NCBI RefSeq assembly: GCF_028710345.1
Contig: NZ_JAQTUH010000009.1
Coordinates: 12,580 to 76,579 of the forward strand
Direction: 5' to 3'
Length of the DNA: 64,000 nt
Source: Sulfuricurvum sp.
GTDB lineage: Bacteria > Campylobacterota > Campylobacteria > Campylobacterales > Sulfurimonadaceae
A program made the position numbers and the translations under genes. Positions 28,086 to 38,300 of this stretch are shown here, one piece after another (within the stretch, counting starts at the first letter, position 1; each line of letters opens with the position of its first letter). Under the pieces are notes generated by a model. The model was not told the origin of the DNA. It did not search any database and saw only the letters and a list, made by a program, of their open reading frames with translations.

Positions 28086-29201
28086 TTAATCAAATTTATT
28101 CAGACATTCCATTGAATTTTCTTCTTTTTGAAGAAGTTCTTGACTAAGCTTTATTGAGTTTTCCATTTCTTTAATATCTCTTTTAAATTGTTCACTATTC
28201 GGAGCAATCCATTCGCCATAAATTTGACGATTTTTTTTGTTTACAATAAACATCTTCATTGGCTTTACAATTAATGAATGTGATATATCAACATCTGAAT
28301 TTACTACACCTCGATTCACCTGAGTGTTATATGGTTCAGTTCGAATTAGCTGGCTACTCAAGTCAGAAGTAATAATCATTCTTAATTTTAAAAAATCTTT
28401 TTCAAATAAATAAGTTTTTTTATCCATTGGAATTGAAGCTTTAAAAAGTTTTCCAATAATTGGCAATGGTGTTCGTTGTTCTTTGTTGTACAGTATAGCG
28501 ATTGCATTGTATTCATGATAACTATAAAATACCTTAAAGCCAGCCTGACTAAAGCCTTCCAATTTTGGAGCTTGATTGTTGATATTTTCTACTTTCTCTA
28601 CTGTTGCCAAAATGGCATTTCCGTCAATAACTTGAATTGGAATATTAACCCAAGCCAAGGATGTTGAGTCATCATAACTTAAAAAATCTGTTAAATTTAT
28701 ATCTAATACAACTCGTTCTCCTGCAAGAACCTCATTTTTATACTTAAGTTTTTTATCATACTCTTTTGGGGTTTTTGAAAGATCTGGTTTTGTTGAATAA
28801 AAAAAATCTTTTGCTGATATTCCATCCACATCTACATATTTTTCTGCCTCTATTGTTTCATTTGTTGTCAACTTTTGAAATTCTAAATTTAGCTTATTGT
28901 ATTTTGCTCGTTCTTCTTCTAGTATTGATTTATAATGATTTACCATCCATTTTAGGTCATTCTTAATCAATAAAATAAAGTTTCTTTTATTTTCAGGCAA
29001 TTTATTTTTCTCTAAATCTAACTTATATCTATAAAGATTTTGATTTACACATGCTTTTTCTTCAGGAGTTTTAAAATATTTTTCTTTTAAAGATTCACTT
29101 ATTGCAAACCTTTCACTATCGTTGACACCTACTAGATTGGCACAACCCGATAAAATAACTATGGCTGCTGCCACCCCAATTAAACTTAATCTCTTCATCA
29201 A
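28086..29201 (-). CDS. Lipoprotein of unknown function
   Basis: Lipobox LSGC, AGGAG RBS. Confidence 0.75.
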   Translation of the reverse strand: MMKRLSLIGVAAAIVILSGCANLVGVNDSERFAISESLKEKYFKTPEEKACVNQNLYRYKLDLEKNKLPENKRNFILLIKNDLKWMVNHYKSILEEERAKYNKLNLEFQKLTTNETIEAEKYVDVDGISAKDFFYSTKPDLSKTPKEYDKKLKYKNEVLAGERVVLDINLTDFLSYDDSTSLAWVNIPIQVIDGNAILATVEKVENINNQAPKLEGFSQAGFKVFYSYHEYNAIAILYNKEQRTPLPIIGKLFKASIPMDKKTYLFEKDFLKLRMIITSDLSSQLIRTEPYNTQVNRGVVNSDVDISHSLIVKPMKMFIVNKKNRQIYGEWIAPNSEQFKRDIKEMENSIKLSQELLQKEENSMECLNKFD

Positions 29202-29328
29202 ACTTCTCCTAAGTTAAGCTATCTATTAAATGTGTCTAAATTATAACTGCCCTTTTCTTTTTACTCACTTAATAGTGATTGTTATTAGATGGTCAATTTA
29301 ATTAAAATCAATCATCTTATAGTGAGCG

Positions 29329-29583
29329 ATGGTTGATATGTCCAAAGAAGAACATTTGGTTGTTAAAGCGTATTATGATGCCTTAACACAGCATGTCAAA
29401 ACATTACGTAAAGAGCGTAAAATTAGTCAGCTTAAACTGGCTAATATTCTTGGCCACAACTCCACTTCGTTTGTTGCGCGTATTGAGCTTCGTCAAAACC
29501 AAGCCAATTACAATCTTGCCCATTTGGTGATCTTAGCCAAAGAGTGGAATCTTGGAATCCACGAGATGCTCCCACCCCTATAG
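29329..29583 (+). CDS. XRE-family HTH regulator
   Basis: LRKERKISQLKLANILG...ARIE motif. Confidence 0.8.
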   Translation: MVDMSKEEHLVVKAYYDALTQHVKTLRKERKISQLKLANILGHNSTSFVARIELRQNQANYNLAHLVILAKEWNLGIHEMLPPL

Positions 29584-29672
29584 ACCTAAACCTACAGTCT
29601 GATATTACTACTTCATTGCGTTATGCTCCTTGTTCATCAGCGTGTAATTCTTTCCTATCACGAATACGTTTT

Positions 29673-29921
29673 TCATTTCTCTATCAAATTACACCTCCAA
29701 GAACAATACCCCTTATTATGCTTCGCCTTTACCCATTGCTCATAGGCAGATGTGGCTTGATGGGCATCATTGTACAGCTCGCAAATCACCCCAGTTGGTT
29801 TAAGCCGAAGGGTTGAACCATAGGTCCGTATCAACAGCCACTCCCCAAACAGATTGGGGATCAGTTCCAAGGTGTAGTAGCGCATCCTCCCCTTAACGCT
29901 GCGTGTCATGATCATCTTCAT
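29673..29921 (-). CDS. WGR-domain protein
   Basis: RYYTLELIPNLFGEWLLIRTYGS...K..KGY pattern; ATG 29921 with GGAG RBS. Confidence 0.8.
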   Translation of the reverse strand: MKMIMTRSVKGRMRYYTLELIPNLFGEWLLIRTYGSTLRLKPTGVICELYNDAHQATSAYEQWVKAKHNKGYCSWRCNLIEK

Positions 29922-30429
29922 CGATCTGCTCCACTGACTTTGGATGGGTGTGTAGATCCTTATTGGATTCATCCTTTTGGTGGCGACGTTTATCCATTCG
30001 TGCAAACATCCAAGCCATCCATCCAAACAGAGCAACCAAAGAGAAGACACCTATGATAATCTGTACCGATAGCGGTATACAGTGCGGCTCACTTTTGCCA
30101 ATAATCTCACAATGATCATTAAGGAGATCGATACCTCTGCTACCTTTGAAGAGATATTCCCCTTTATGTTCCCACCCTTGGCTTTGAGATAGTAGCAACG
30201 GATTAGCATTATCCTCTTTGCAGATAATCTCTCCACCTCTATCAAAGTGATCTCCATAAAAGCTCACCCTATCGTTTCGACTACAAATATCATCACCCCA
30301 CACCATCACTACCACTAAAAACAATCCGATCAACGGCATGAGCATCTCTTTAAGAAAGGTGAATACGAGCACCCCCATCAAAAATATCAATCCAACTATA
30401 GCCACCATATCCATATCAAAGTGATTCAT
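29893..30429 (-). CDS. Membrane hypothetical protein
   Basis: 178 aa with TM segments; overlaps both neighbours in an operon-like way. Confidence 0.6.
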   Translation of the reverse strand: MNHFDMDMVAIVGLIFLMGVLVFTFLKEMLMPLIGLFLVVVMVWGDDICSRNDRVSFYGDHFDRGGEIICKEDNANPLLLSQSQGWEHKGEYLFKGSRGIDLLNDHCEIIGKSEPHCIPLSVQIIIGVFSLVALFGWMAWMFARMDKRRHQKDESNKDLHTHPKSVEQIDEDDHDTQR

Positions 30430-30712
30430 TTTTATTCTCCTCTTTACGATTTTTTAACTCGTTTATGCATTCACGGCTTTGTTTGACTATTGCTGTGAAA
30501 CTAAATACCATGGCTGCTGCCATACATAGGAAACTTCCCACCAATACCCATTTCATCCCCATGCTCCATCCTGCATACACCATCAAACCCACCGACACGA
30601 TCCCTATCCAGACGATTTGCTTGCGATGGCTCAATGTGACAAGAACCATCAGCATACTCAGCACCCAGTAGAGTGCACTCAGTTGAATGATTTCATTGTG
30701 AATTAATGACAC
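30416..30712 (-). CDS. Small membrane hypothetical protein
   Basis: 98 aa, about 3 TM segments, GGGAG RBS. Confidence 0.6.
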   Translation of the reverse strand: MSLIHNEIIQLSALYWVLSMLMVLVTLSHRKQIVWIGIVSVGLMVYAGWSMGMKWVLVGSFLCMAAAMVFSFTAIVKQSRECINELKNRKEENKNESL

Positions 30713-31015
30713 ATACTCCCTTTATCGTGAAATAAATAAACAAATGTTTATATTTAAAGCTATTATATACTTATATATAAACAATGTCAACGGTAAATAT
30801 ACTTATATGATTATATTAAAGCATTATTTATTACTTATATGTAAATTTATGGCATTTTGCAAAGTAGTCAGTATAGCGGGATGCTATTTTTAATAAGTAA
30901 ACATTTGATTATCTATATTTATATTTAGTAAACATATAAGATAATCATACCTCCATAGTAAACATTTGAGGTGATTTAGATAGAATTTTACAAACAAATA
31001 AGTATTAGAGAACCT

Positions 31016-31255
31016 ATGGACAAACACGCATTCAATATTTTACTCAAAACTGCCGGACTCAGTAAAAAAGAGTTTGCCGAGATATTAGGGACAACCGGCG
31101 GTACGATTTCAAACTGGGGGAATGAAGATAGAGAGATCCCCTATTGGGTTGAGTCGTGGTTAGCTCTCTATATTGAAAATCAACACTGCAAAAAAATCAA
31201 AGAGGCTATTAAAGAGAGCGGTGTATGTGAAGTAATGGACAAAAAATCCAAGTGA
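31016..31255 (+). CDS. XRE-family HTH regulator
   Basis: GLSKKEFAEILG...TISNWG...IPYWV motif. Confidence 0.85.
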   Translation: MDKHAFNILLKTAGLSKKEFAEILGTTGGTISNWGNEDREIPYWVESWLALYIENQHCKKIKEAIKESGVCEVMDKKSK

Positions 31256-31530
31256 ATTATTTAACCTTCGAATCGTTTATCTCAATTCCTGTACTGATTG
31301 TCTTCTATTACATCGGAGCACTTATATTCCCTCTCATCCTTTGGGTTAAACGTAACTGGGTCATAAAACTCACTGACGCACTAACGCAAACTTTCCCCAT
31401 TACAGCCTCAAGACTCATTCTTGGTTTCATTATTTTATTACTCGGGTTTGAAATTATGTGGCGTATGCTGTTTGAGATGTTAATCGGCTATTTTCAGATG
31501 AGAGAGTACTTATATCATTTGGCAGGTTAA
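31252..31530 (+). CDS. DUF4282-like membrane protein
   Basis: FESFISIPVLIVFYYIG and WRMLFEMLI motifs; GTGA overlap with the XRE gene. Confidence 0.7.
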   Translation: MNYLTFESFISIPVLIVFYYIGALIFPLILWVKRNWVIKLTDALTQTFPITASRLILGFIILLLGFEIMWRMLFEMLIGYFQMREYLYHLAG

Positions 31531-31595
31531 TGAGCTAATATAGATTACAAATTATTTACTATTTTATTGAGTATTTCACCTTATAGAGTATTTTC

Positions 31596-32474
31596 TTAAA
31601 ATCCCCGAAACCTTTTAGGGACCATTGCCCCCTCCCCTATTCTAAGCGCTTCGTTGATTTCATCAATCATTCTTGAGGTGTTTTTAGGAAGCGTTCCTGA
31701 GAGATGCAGCGCATTGGAAGCGTGGTTTGAGCGGAAGATAATCTTTTGCGGCGGGTTTAACTCTGAGAGTAGATGTCTCTGTTCTTGTAGGATCTGGTGG
31801 TCATTTAATGGGGTGAAGGCATTAAATGACCTACGAAATCTCTCAACACTCCCCTCTTCCAACCCTAGCTGCAAAGTAGATAGATAGGTCATCGGTGCGG
31901 CATTGATGAGTTTGATAGTATCGCGGATATGCTCATGAGTATGCTCTAATCCCCCAAGTCCAAGTATCACGGTAGAGGATATTTTTATACCTGCTTCGTG
32001 GGCTTTGGTGAGTGCTTCAATCATTTTAGAGGAATTAACCCCTTTATCGATTTTCTCTAAAAGTTCATCATTACCGGTTTCGATCCCAAAGTAACCCAGA
32101 CTCAGCCCCCCTGCCCTTAGAAATTTCAGTTCATCAACACTTTTTTCCAAAAAGTTCTGCGCCGTCGTATACAACGAAACACGACTAAGACGAGAAAACG
32201 CCTCTTTGAGTAAACGTAACAACTTTGCGAGATGTTCAATGAAAAGTGATAGTGCGTCACCATCGGCTAAAAATACCTTATTGGCATCTGGATAGCGATA
32301 AGAGAGGATACCTATCTCCTCTTTAAGTTCTTCGATCGGACGAATCGTAAAACGTTTGCTCTTATACATACTGCAATAGGTGCATCGGTTGTGAGAACAG
32401 CCGAATGTCGCTTGAAGGATTATGTTGTCAGCTTCGGCTGGGGGACGATAAAGTGGGAATGAATAGTTAATCAT
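31596..32474 (-). CDS. Radical SAM protein
   Basis: YRPPAEA and CSHNRCTYC (CxxxCxxC), VFLADGDAL and FRSNHASN motifs. Confidence 0.9.
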   Translation of the reverse strand: MINYSFPLYRPPAEADNIILQATFGCSHNRCTYCSMYKSKRFTIRPIEELKEEIGILSYRYPDANKVFLADGDALSLFIEHLAKLLRLLKEAFSRLSRVSLYTTAQNFLEKSVDELKFLRAGGLSLGYFGIETGNDELLEKIDKGVNSSKMIEALTKAHEAGIKISSTVILGLGGLEHTHEHIRDTIKLINAAPMTYLSTLQLGLEEGSVERFRRSFNAFTPLNDHQILQEQRHLLSELNPPQKIIFRSNHASNALHLSGTLPKNTSRMIDEINEALRIGEGAMVPKRFRGF

Positions 32475-32617
32475 GGCAAGATTGTTACGTTTCATTGCTT
32501 GAGAGAGGCTTTTATAATCATATTATTCTTTATAATTGTTCTAGATGTGCCTATTTTGTGGGATTTGCGCTACAGCCATGCTATAATCCCACCCAAATTT
32601 ATCTCCAAAGGAACCCC

Positions 32618-32899
32618 ATGAATAAAGCTCAATTTGTTGAACTGGTTCAAAAACACGGTGAGTATTCATCTAAAGCAGCAGCAGATGCAGCAATTGATGC
32701 CGTTACATCAGCGATTACAGAAGCTCTCTCACAAAAAGAAGATGTAGCACTTCCTGGATTTGGAATCTTTAAAACTGCTACTCAAGCCGCTAAAGAAGGT
32801 AAAGTTCCTGGTACAGACAAAACCTACAGCAAGCCCGCTACTACGGTTGCAAAGTTCACTGCAAGTTCAGTTCTTAAAGAGAAAGTAGCTGGGAAGTAA
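32618..32899 (+). CDS. hup: Histone-like DNA-binding protein HU (Campylobacterota type)
   Basis: MNKAQFVE...GFGIF...KEGKVPGTDK; AAGGA RBS; the true start is 32618, not 32495. Confidence 0.93.
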   Translation: MNKAQFVELVQKHGEYSSKAAADAAIDAVTSAITEALSQKEDVALPGFGIFKTATQAAKEGKVPGTDKTYSKPATTVAKFTASSVLKEKVAGK

Positions 32900-33031
32900 T
32901 TCCCGCTGCATCTCCCCACTTTGTAGACCTCCTATTCTTTTCTAAAACACATATTCAGTCCATCATCAACGAAATCATTTTTTTATATATACAAGATGTA
33001 AATTTGATTAATCAATTTTTTTCGTTGGCAA

Positions 33032-33593
33032 TCGTAACAATTTAGCGAATATATTATTGACAAAGTTGTTACGTTTACTAAATAACGTAACAAACGTGCG
33101 CTATTTTTCAGTATAACCACAGCATATAGACTAATTTTGTAATTTCGTGCCCTTTAGTAGCTGTTATATGTGGGTAAGTTGGATAATTATTGACACGAAT
33201 GTTACATTAAAGCATTAACGTAACAACATTGCGGACAAAATATACGCAAAGTTGTTACACACAGTAGTAGTCTGACGCTATTGTCTTTTTAACTGACATG
33301 ATTGTTACGTTTAAGCGCTATTTGCTTTCGTTTTACTGGCATAGCACTACTTCAATGACGCATAAGTGTTACGTTTTATTGGCAAAATTGTTACTCTAAA
33401 ACCGCTTTAAAGTCCTTTAAATACGATGTTTCGGGGATTTCACCTAACTAATAAAATTTGTAACTATTTTTAAACTATTAAAAAATAAAAAACATTTAAA
33501 TCCATTTTATTGATGAATTTGTTACCAATCAGACTTTGCTGTATCATATCCAAAGCCTTATTGTTTCAAATACACCGCAGTATTGTTACGTTT
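33032..33593. repeat. Iteron cluster / putative oriV
   Basis: At least 8 copies of (A/G)TTGTTACGTTT in both orientations (33032, 33065, 33084, 33217, 33251, 33301, 33366, 33582) in AT-rich DNA just upstream of the Rep gene. Confidence 0.8.
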
Positions 33594-33667
33594 AGCTAAA
33601 AAACTTGTTTCGTTTATGGAACATAGTTTGCTTAATGAATAAAAAATCTTTGTGAGGACTGTTTTTA

Positions 33668-35902
33668 ATGGCTGATGAGAAAGTGATCATATTTCGAAAA
33701 AATGAGAAAGATGAATATTTCCGTAAATCTACCGAATTTGCAAGTGCCGATGTCGTATTACGTGATGATGCTAAAAATTCCGGCTCTGTAGAAAGATTAA
33801 GTGCCACAATTCTCAAGGGGGTACAAGATCAATTATTTGATATGGCTCGTCAAAAGCAGATTGAATCATCCTCTAAACAACTTACAGCTTCATTGTGTAC
33901 AGAGTATAAAGATATCTATATTGAAAATTATATTAAAGACGTTCGCAAAAAAGATAAATCAAAACCGCTTGATCGTCTTAGTGATGAAGCTGAAAAAAGT
34001 TATGAGCTTAAAAAAAAGAGTATAGATCGTTTAGCAGAGAAAGAAGCATGGAGAATAACGATCAAAGAATCGGTTGCAGACAATGAACTTATGTTCAAAT
34101 TTGATGCTAAAAGTATATTTGATTATGCAAAAGTTCATGGTGGCGGGCATAAAGATAGACTTTATCAGGATGTTAAGAAAATTCAACAGCGATTTAATAA
34201 TTGGTCAGAAAAAAAGTTTGATACAAAATCAGGAAAAATAGTAGATAAAGAAGTTACCGGTGTTTTATTCCCCTACTCCGAGTATTCTCACGGTGACAAT
34301 GCCGCAATTGAAATTAAACTCGAAAAAGAGATGCTTTCAATGGTTCTCTTTTTAAATAAAAATTTCTTGAAATATCATCTTGATTCCTATCTTAAAGTAG
34401 AAACACCTAACGCGACACGCCTTTATGAATTGCTGGTAGATTATATTTCAGGCAATATTTTTGTATCAGGAAGAGACTTAACATTTGAATACCTGCAAAA
34501 GAAATTTAATACCAATTACAAACTCTTTCGTCTCTTTTTACAACGTCTTATGACGCCTTCGTTGGATAAAATTAACAGCGAGTTAGGGACAACGATTTCA
34601 TGGGAAGTCGATAAGAAAAAAGGTCGCTCTATTGATACGATCAAATTCGTTATCAGTACACACGATAAAAAAATTCTACAAGGGATTAGAGACGAAGATA
34701 TAGACGATTTCATACTTTATTCATTTGAATACTACTGTGCCCTACTCTCTCTTGGCTCTCAGCGTGCTCAAGGGGGATTAAAAGCGTTATATGAGAAAGT
34801 CAGAGGGATGATTAATGACGGTAGTTTTAATTATCTCAATAAAACAAAAGAAGAGATGATAAAAGAGCATCTTCAAAATCTCGAAGATGCTGAAGAACTT
34901 GAAGGTCTTATAGAGAGAGATGAAACATTAGCAGAAAAATATTTCTATGACCGAAAATACATGAATATTATGGAGCGCGATGAGACATCGTTTGTTGGAT
35001 CAAATGCAATTGAATCACTTGAGTTCATTCGTAGTAGCTATTTAATTCCAAGAGGATTTTTAGGTCCTACCCTCTCATTTTTTACTTCACATGAAGAAGA
35101 AAAAGATCTCATCGCCTCTATATTGCCAATCTCGTTTAAGCTAACCGAAAAAAGATCTATCGTTATTGCTGAAAATAATTTTGATTCAATGAAAACAACT
35201 ATTGAACCGTATTTGACATCAACCGAACGCTTTTTGTTTGATTCTCCTGAACATAAAGAGAGATTTTGTAAAGTATTTGGGATTGAGTATTTTGATAATC
35301 TCTCCCCTGCCCTAGAAGCAGATGTCGTATCTGAAATCCATGCAGATAATATATCGACCTTACAACCTATGCAAATAAATCTGTTTGAAAAGCTCGAAAA
35401 CATTATGAACGTAATTGGGAATCGATCGATTGCTAAAAATAAAGAAAAATGGACGAGTGCAGTAGATGATTTGGTTGAAGAATACGGAGAAGCTGCCGTT
35501 GGAAATGTAATAAAATTTTTAACGAGTGGTAATGATAGCGCCCTATTCTGGCTAAAAAATATTACAACTCCTACAAAGTTTATTAAGCACTTTGAACAAA
35601 TTGAACAAGTTTGTAATGTTGAACATGTGAGTCTATTGCAAAAAATAAAAGCTGATCCAGAAATAAAAGTTTTGATGAGTATGATGCAAAATCGTGGAGA
35701 GTCTGAAGAAGCTATTACCCATGAAGTTAATTCGTTTGTTTCAAAAAAGATTGAATCAGGTGTTTATGAAGCACAATCGAAAGAAGCCCCTTGGCAAACA
35801 GAAAAAAGAATCAAACGAGAATCCAATATAGAATTATTAGCCGAAATGCAAAATGCGGGCTATAGTAATATATTTGATTATTTAAAAAACATGGAAAAAT
35901 AG
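33668..35902 (+). CDS. Plasmid replication initiator, Rep_3 family, with long C-terminal extension
   Basis: GVLFP, NATRLYELL, FEYLQKKF, PSLDKINSE and KKGRSIDTIKF winged-helix initiator motifs; flanked by iterons and par genes. Confidence 0.8.
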   Translation: MADEKVIIFRKNEKDEYFRKSTEFASADVVLRDDAKNSGSVERLSATILKGVQDQLFDMARQKQIESSSKQLTASLCTEYKDIYIENYIKDVRKKDKSKPLDRLSDEAEKSYELKKKSIDRLAEKEAWRITIKESVADNELMFKFDAKSIFDYAKVHGGGHKDRLYQDVKKIQQRFNNWSEKKFDTKSGKIVDKEVTGVLFPYSEYSHGDNAAIEIKLEKEMLSMVLFLNKNFLKYHLDSYLKVETPNATRLYELLVDYISGNIFVSGRDLTFEYLQKKFNTNYKLFRLFLQRLMTPSLDKINSELGTTISWEVDKKKGRSIDTIKFVISTHDKKILQGIRDEDIDDFILYSFEYYCALLSLGSQRAQGGLKALYEKVRGMINDGSFNYLNKTKEEMIKEHLQNLEDAEELEGLIERDETLAEKYFYDRKYMNIMERDETSFVGSNAIESLEFIRSSYLIPRGFLGPTLSFFTSHEEEKDLIASILPISFKLTEKRSIVIAENNFDSMKTTIEPYLTSTERFLFDSPEHKERFCKVFGIEYFDNLSPALEADVVSEIHADNISTLQPMQINLFEKLENIMNVIGNRSIAKNKEKWTSAVDDLVEEYGEAAVGNVIKFLTSGNDSALFWLKNITTPTKFIKHFEQIEQVCNVEHVSLLQKIKADPEIKVLMSMMQNRGESEEAITHEVNSFVSKKIESGVYEAQSKEAPWQTEKRIKRESNIELLAEMQNAGYSNIFDYLKNMEK

Positions 35903-36030
35903 TAATTATCCATCCGGATGGATAATTATAAATTCGATAGAATATTTATATCAATATTCCACTATGCTTAGTTTTTATGCTATACTTTTTCAAATAGTAA
36001 TAAAATCATTTATCCATCCGGATGGATAAA
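35903..36030. promoter_or_regulatory. Two parS-like perfect palindromes
   Basis: TAATTATCCATCCGGATGGATAATTA (35903-35928) and TTTATCCATCCGGATGGATAAA (36009-36030), between rep and parA. Confidence 0.75.
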
Positions 36031-36045
36031 AATTGAAGGGACGAT

Positions 36046-36924
36046 ATGGGTTCAGTAGTTTCAATTGTAAATCAAAAAGGTGGTGTTGGAAAAACGACAA
36101 CGGCACAGGCATTAGCACGAGAGTTTGCCAAAACCAAAAAAGTGCTACTTATTGACTTTGATGGGCAAGCAACATTGACTGAGCTAATGGATCTTAACAA
36201 CCATTTTGATAATGAATTTATTAAAGAGTATATGTCCACAGAAAGTATCGTAAAAATCTTTGAACGCGCTTCTATTGAGCCGTTGGATATTACTGGCATT
36301 TTAAAAGATGAAAATGGGAAATCAATTGTAGCTATTAAAGAGCTTCATTTTATTCCCTCGCCCGGCAATTCAATCGTTGCAGCTGCTGAGAGTGTGAGCG
36401 GTGGTAAAGATATGCTTTTAAATAAGTATCTTCAAAAAGTTAAAGATGATTATGATTATGTCATTATTGATGCATTACCATCTGTTTCAACGCTGTTTAG
36501 AAATGTTTTGCTTGCATCGGATGCGTTGATCGTTGCCATACAAACCAAAACAAACGCCATTGCCGGAGCCAATGGGTTCTTACAAGTTCTTAATGATGTA
36601 CTTGAAGACTATGATAAAAACTACAATCATCTTTTTATCTTGCCGACAATGTACAATAAACAGCGCCGTGATGATAAAGAGACTTTGGCAGAGATTATGG
36701 GTAGTTATATGACTTCGTTAAAAACATATGCATCGATCGGAAAAATCCCTACGACCCTTTTGGAAGAGATACCCGATCGCACCGTATTCTCAAATGCTCA
36801 ATCAGTCCGCTATTTTTTGCAAGATTATATTGAAGGGTTTGATACAGGAAAGAGAGATATTCTTCTTTTACTGGAAAATATTGCAAAAGTGATCACCAAT
36901 AAACTGGAAGTAGGGGGCAAATAA
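36046..36924 (+). CDS. parA: ParA/Soj-family partition ATPase
   Basis: NQKGGVGKTTT deviant Walker A, LIDFDGQA and IIDALPS motifs. Confidence 0.93.
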   Translation: MGSVVSIVNQKGGVGKTTTAQALAREFAKTKKVLLIDFDGQATLTELMDLNNHFDNEFIKEYMSTESIVKIFERASIEPLDITGILKDENGKSIVAIKELHFIPSPGNSIVAAAESVSGGKDMLLNKYLQKVKDDYDYVIIDALPSVSTLFRNVLLASDALIVAIQTKTNAIAGANGFLQVLNDVLEDYDKNYNHLFILPTMYNKQRRDDKETLAEIMGSYMTSLKTYASIGKIPTTLLEEIPDRTVFSNAQSVRYFLQDYIEGFDTGKRDILLLLENIAKVITNKLEVGGK

Positions 36925-36925
36925 G

Positions 36926-37888
36926 ATGGCAAAACTACCTGCACGTAAAAATATATCGGCTGAAACGGCTACAAAAAGAATTGAAGAAGCCCAAGCGTTA
37001 CGCCAAAGTATCTCTGAGAGCATCGAAAATAAAACAAGTAACACGATTGAGGTCGCTATTGCATCGATTGCATCCCCAAAATTCCATGACCGCCGATGGC
37101 ATGACAAAATGGCGATTGTTGAACTCTCAAAATCGATTGAAGCCGTTGGGCTCATCTATCCGGTTGTTTTACGTAGAATAGGGGAGGGGCTTGAACGGAT
37201 TATCGGATACCGCCGTATCGAAGCCTATAAAATACTCGGTAAAGAAACTATTCCTGCAATCATTTTGGAAAATGTCGATGATGATATGGCAATTTTGCTT
37301 ATGGCTACTGAGAATATGCAAAGGGAAGACATCAGTGTTTATGATGAAACACTCGCTTTGATTGATTACCTCAAAGTCGCAATAAACGAGACTGGGGAGG
37401 GTGTTGAGAAACTTCTCGTCCGATTTAAAAATCACAATGCTGGATCGGTACAATTGAGTGACGATGAGAAAGAAAAACGTCTCCAAATGAATGAGGTTCT
37501 CAAAAAAACCGGTAAGATTGACATAAGTGGCTTATTAAACCGTCTTACAATGCTCTCTATGCATCCGTTAATCAAAGAAGCACTCAGTGCCAGTAGACTC
37601 TCTTTTTCAAACGCACAGGTACTTCAAAAGCTCTCTAAGAACGAAGTAGCACTCAAAGCCGTGATGAACAGAGTCATTGATGAGAATATGAGTAAGCGTG
37701 AAGCAATGAAGCTGGTTACTGAGCATAAAGAAGAAAAAGTCGGCAAAGTAGGGGAGGGTGATATAGTGTCAAGATTAAAAACCCTCAGTAAAACAAGCAC
37801 AAAACAAGTCGCGAAACTCACTAAAGCTGACCAAGATAAGTTGATGGATTATTTTACAAAAATTGATGAGATTTTAAAAAGAAAATAG
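36926..37888 (+). CDS. parB: ParB partition protein
   Basis: GLIYPVVLR, IIGYRRIEA (CTPase motif) and ENMQRED. Confidence 0.92.
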   Translation: MAKLPARKNISAETATKRIEEAQALRQSISESIENKTSNTIEVAIASIASPKFHDRRWHDKMAIVELSKSIEAVGLIYPVVLRRIGEGLERIIGYRRIEAYKILGKETIPAIILENVDDDMAILLMATENMQREDISVYDETLALIDYLKVAINETGEGVEKLLVRFKNHNAGSVQLSDDEKEKRLQMNEVLKKTGKIDISGLLNRLTMLSMHPLIKEALSASRLSFSNAQVLQKLSKNEVALKAVMNRVIDENMSKREAMKLVTEHKEEKVGKVGEGDIVSRLKTLSKTSTKQVAKLTKADQDKLMDYFTKIDEILKRK

Positions 37889-38064
37889 GGTAGGGCGGTC
37901 ATTATTATCCAGTTAAATGCTCTAACCTATAGCAGTAGAACTTTTTTTAGACTCCTTAGAGACGTGAACGAATAATAATCAGCCCACGATTCAAAAAAGG
38001 GTGTTGTGAGTCATAGAGCTGTGTTATCATAGCGATAATAAACCATCCATAAGAGAGGAACGTC

Positions 38065-38286
38065 ATGCAACAACCTTTTATGGCTTATGAGAACGAGACC
38101 GATGGATTCACTACCGGTAATCTGAGCATCACAAACGGAATCGAGATGATCACCATCGAGGGATCTTTGAATATCACCAAAGACAAAGAGGGATTAGAAG
38201 CTGCATTGAAGCTCAAACGAGTAGTAGACGCCGCTATCGAAGCGCTCAAACGTGATCGTAATCTCCCTGATTCGCTCGGTCATTAA
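38065..38286 (+). CDS. Conserved hypothetical protein
   Basis: GAGG RBS; GSLNITKDKEGL motif. Confidence 0.7.
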   Translation: MQQPFMAYENETDGFTTGNLSITNGIEMITIEGSLNITKDKEGLEAALKLKRVVDAAIEALKRDRNLPDSLGH

Positions 38287-38300
38287 GATGAGAATACAAT

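Noticed and set aside
32495-32617. 41-aa N-terminal extension on HU
   Set aside because: Artefact of the ORF caller; the RBS and extended -10 point to ATG 32618.
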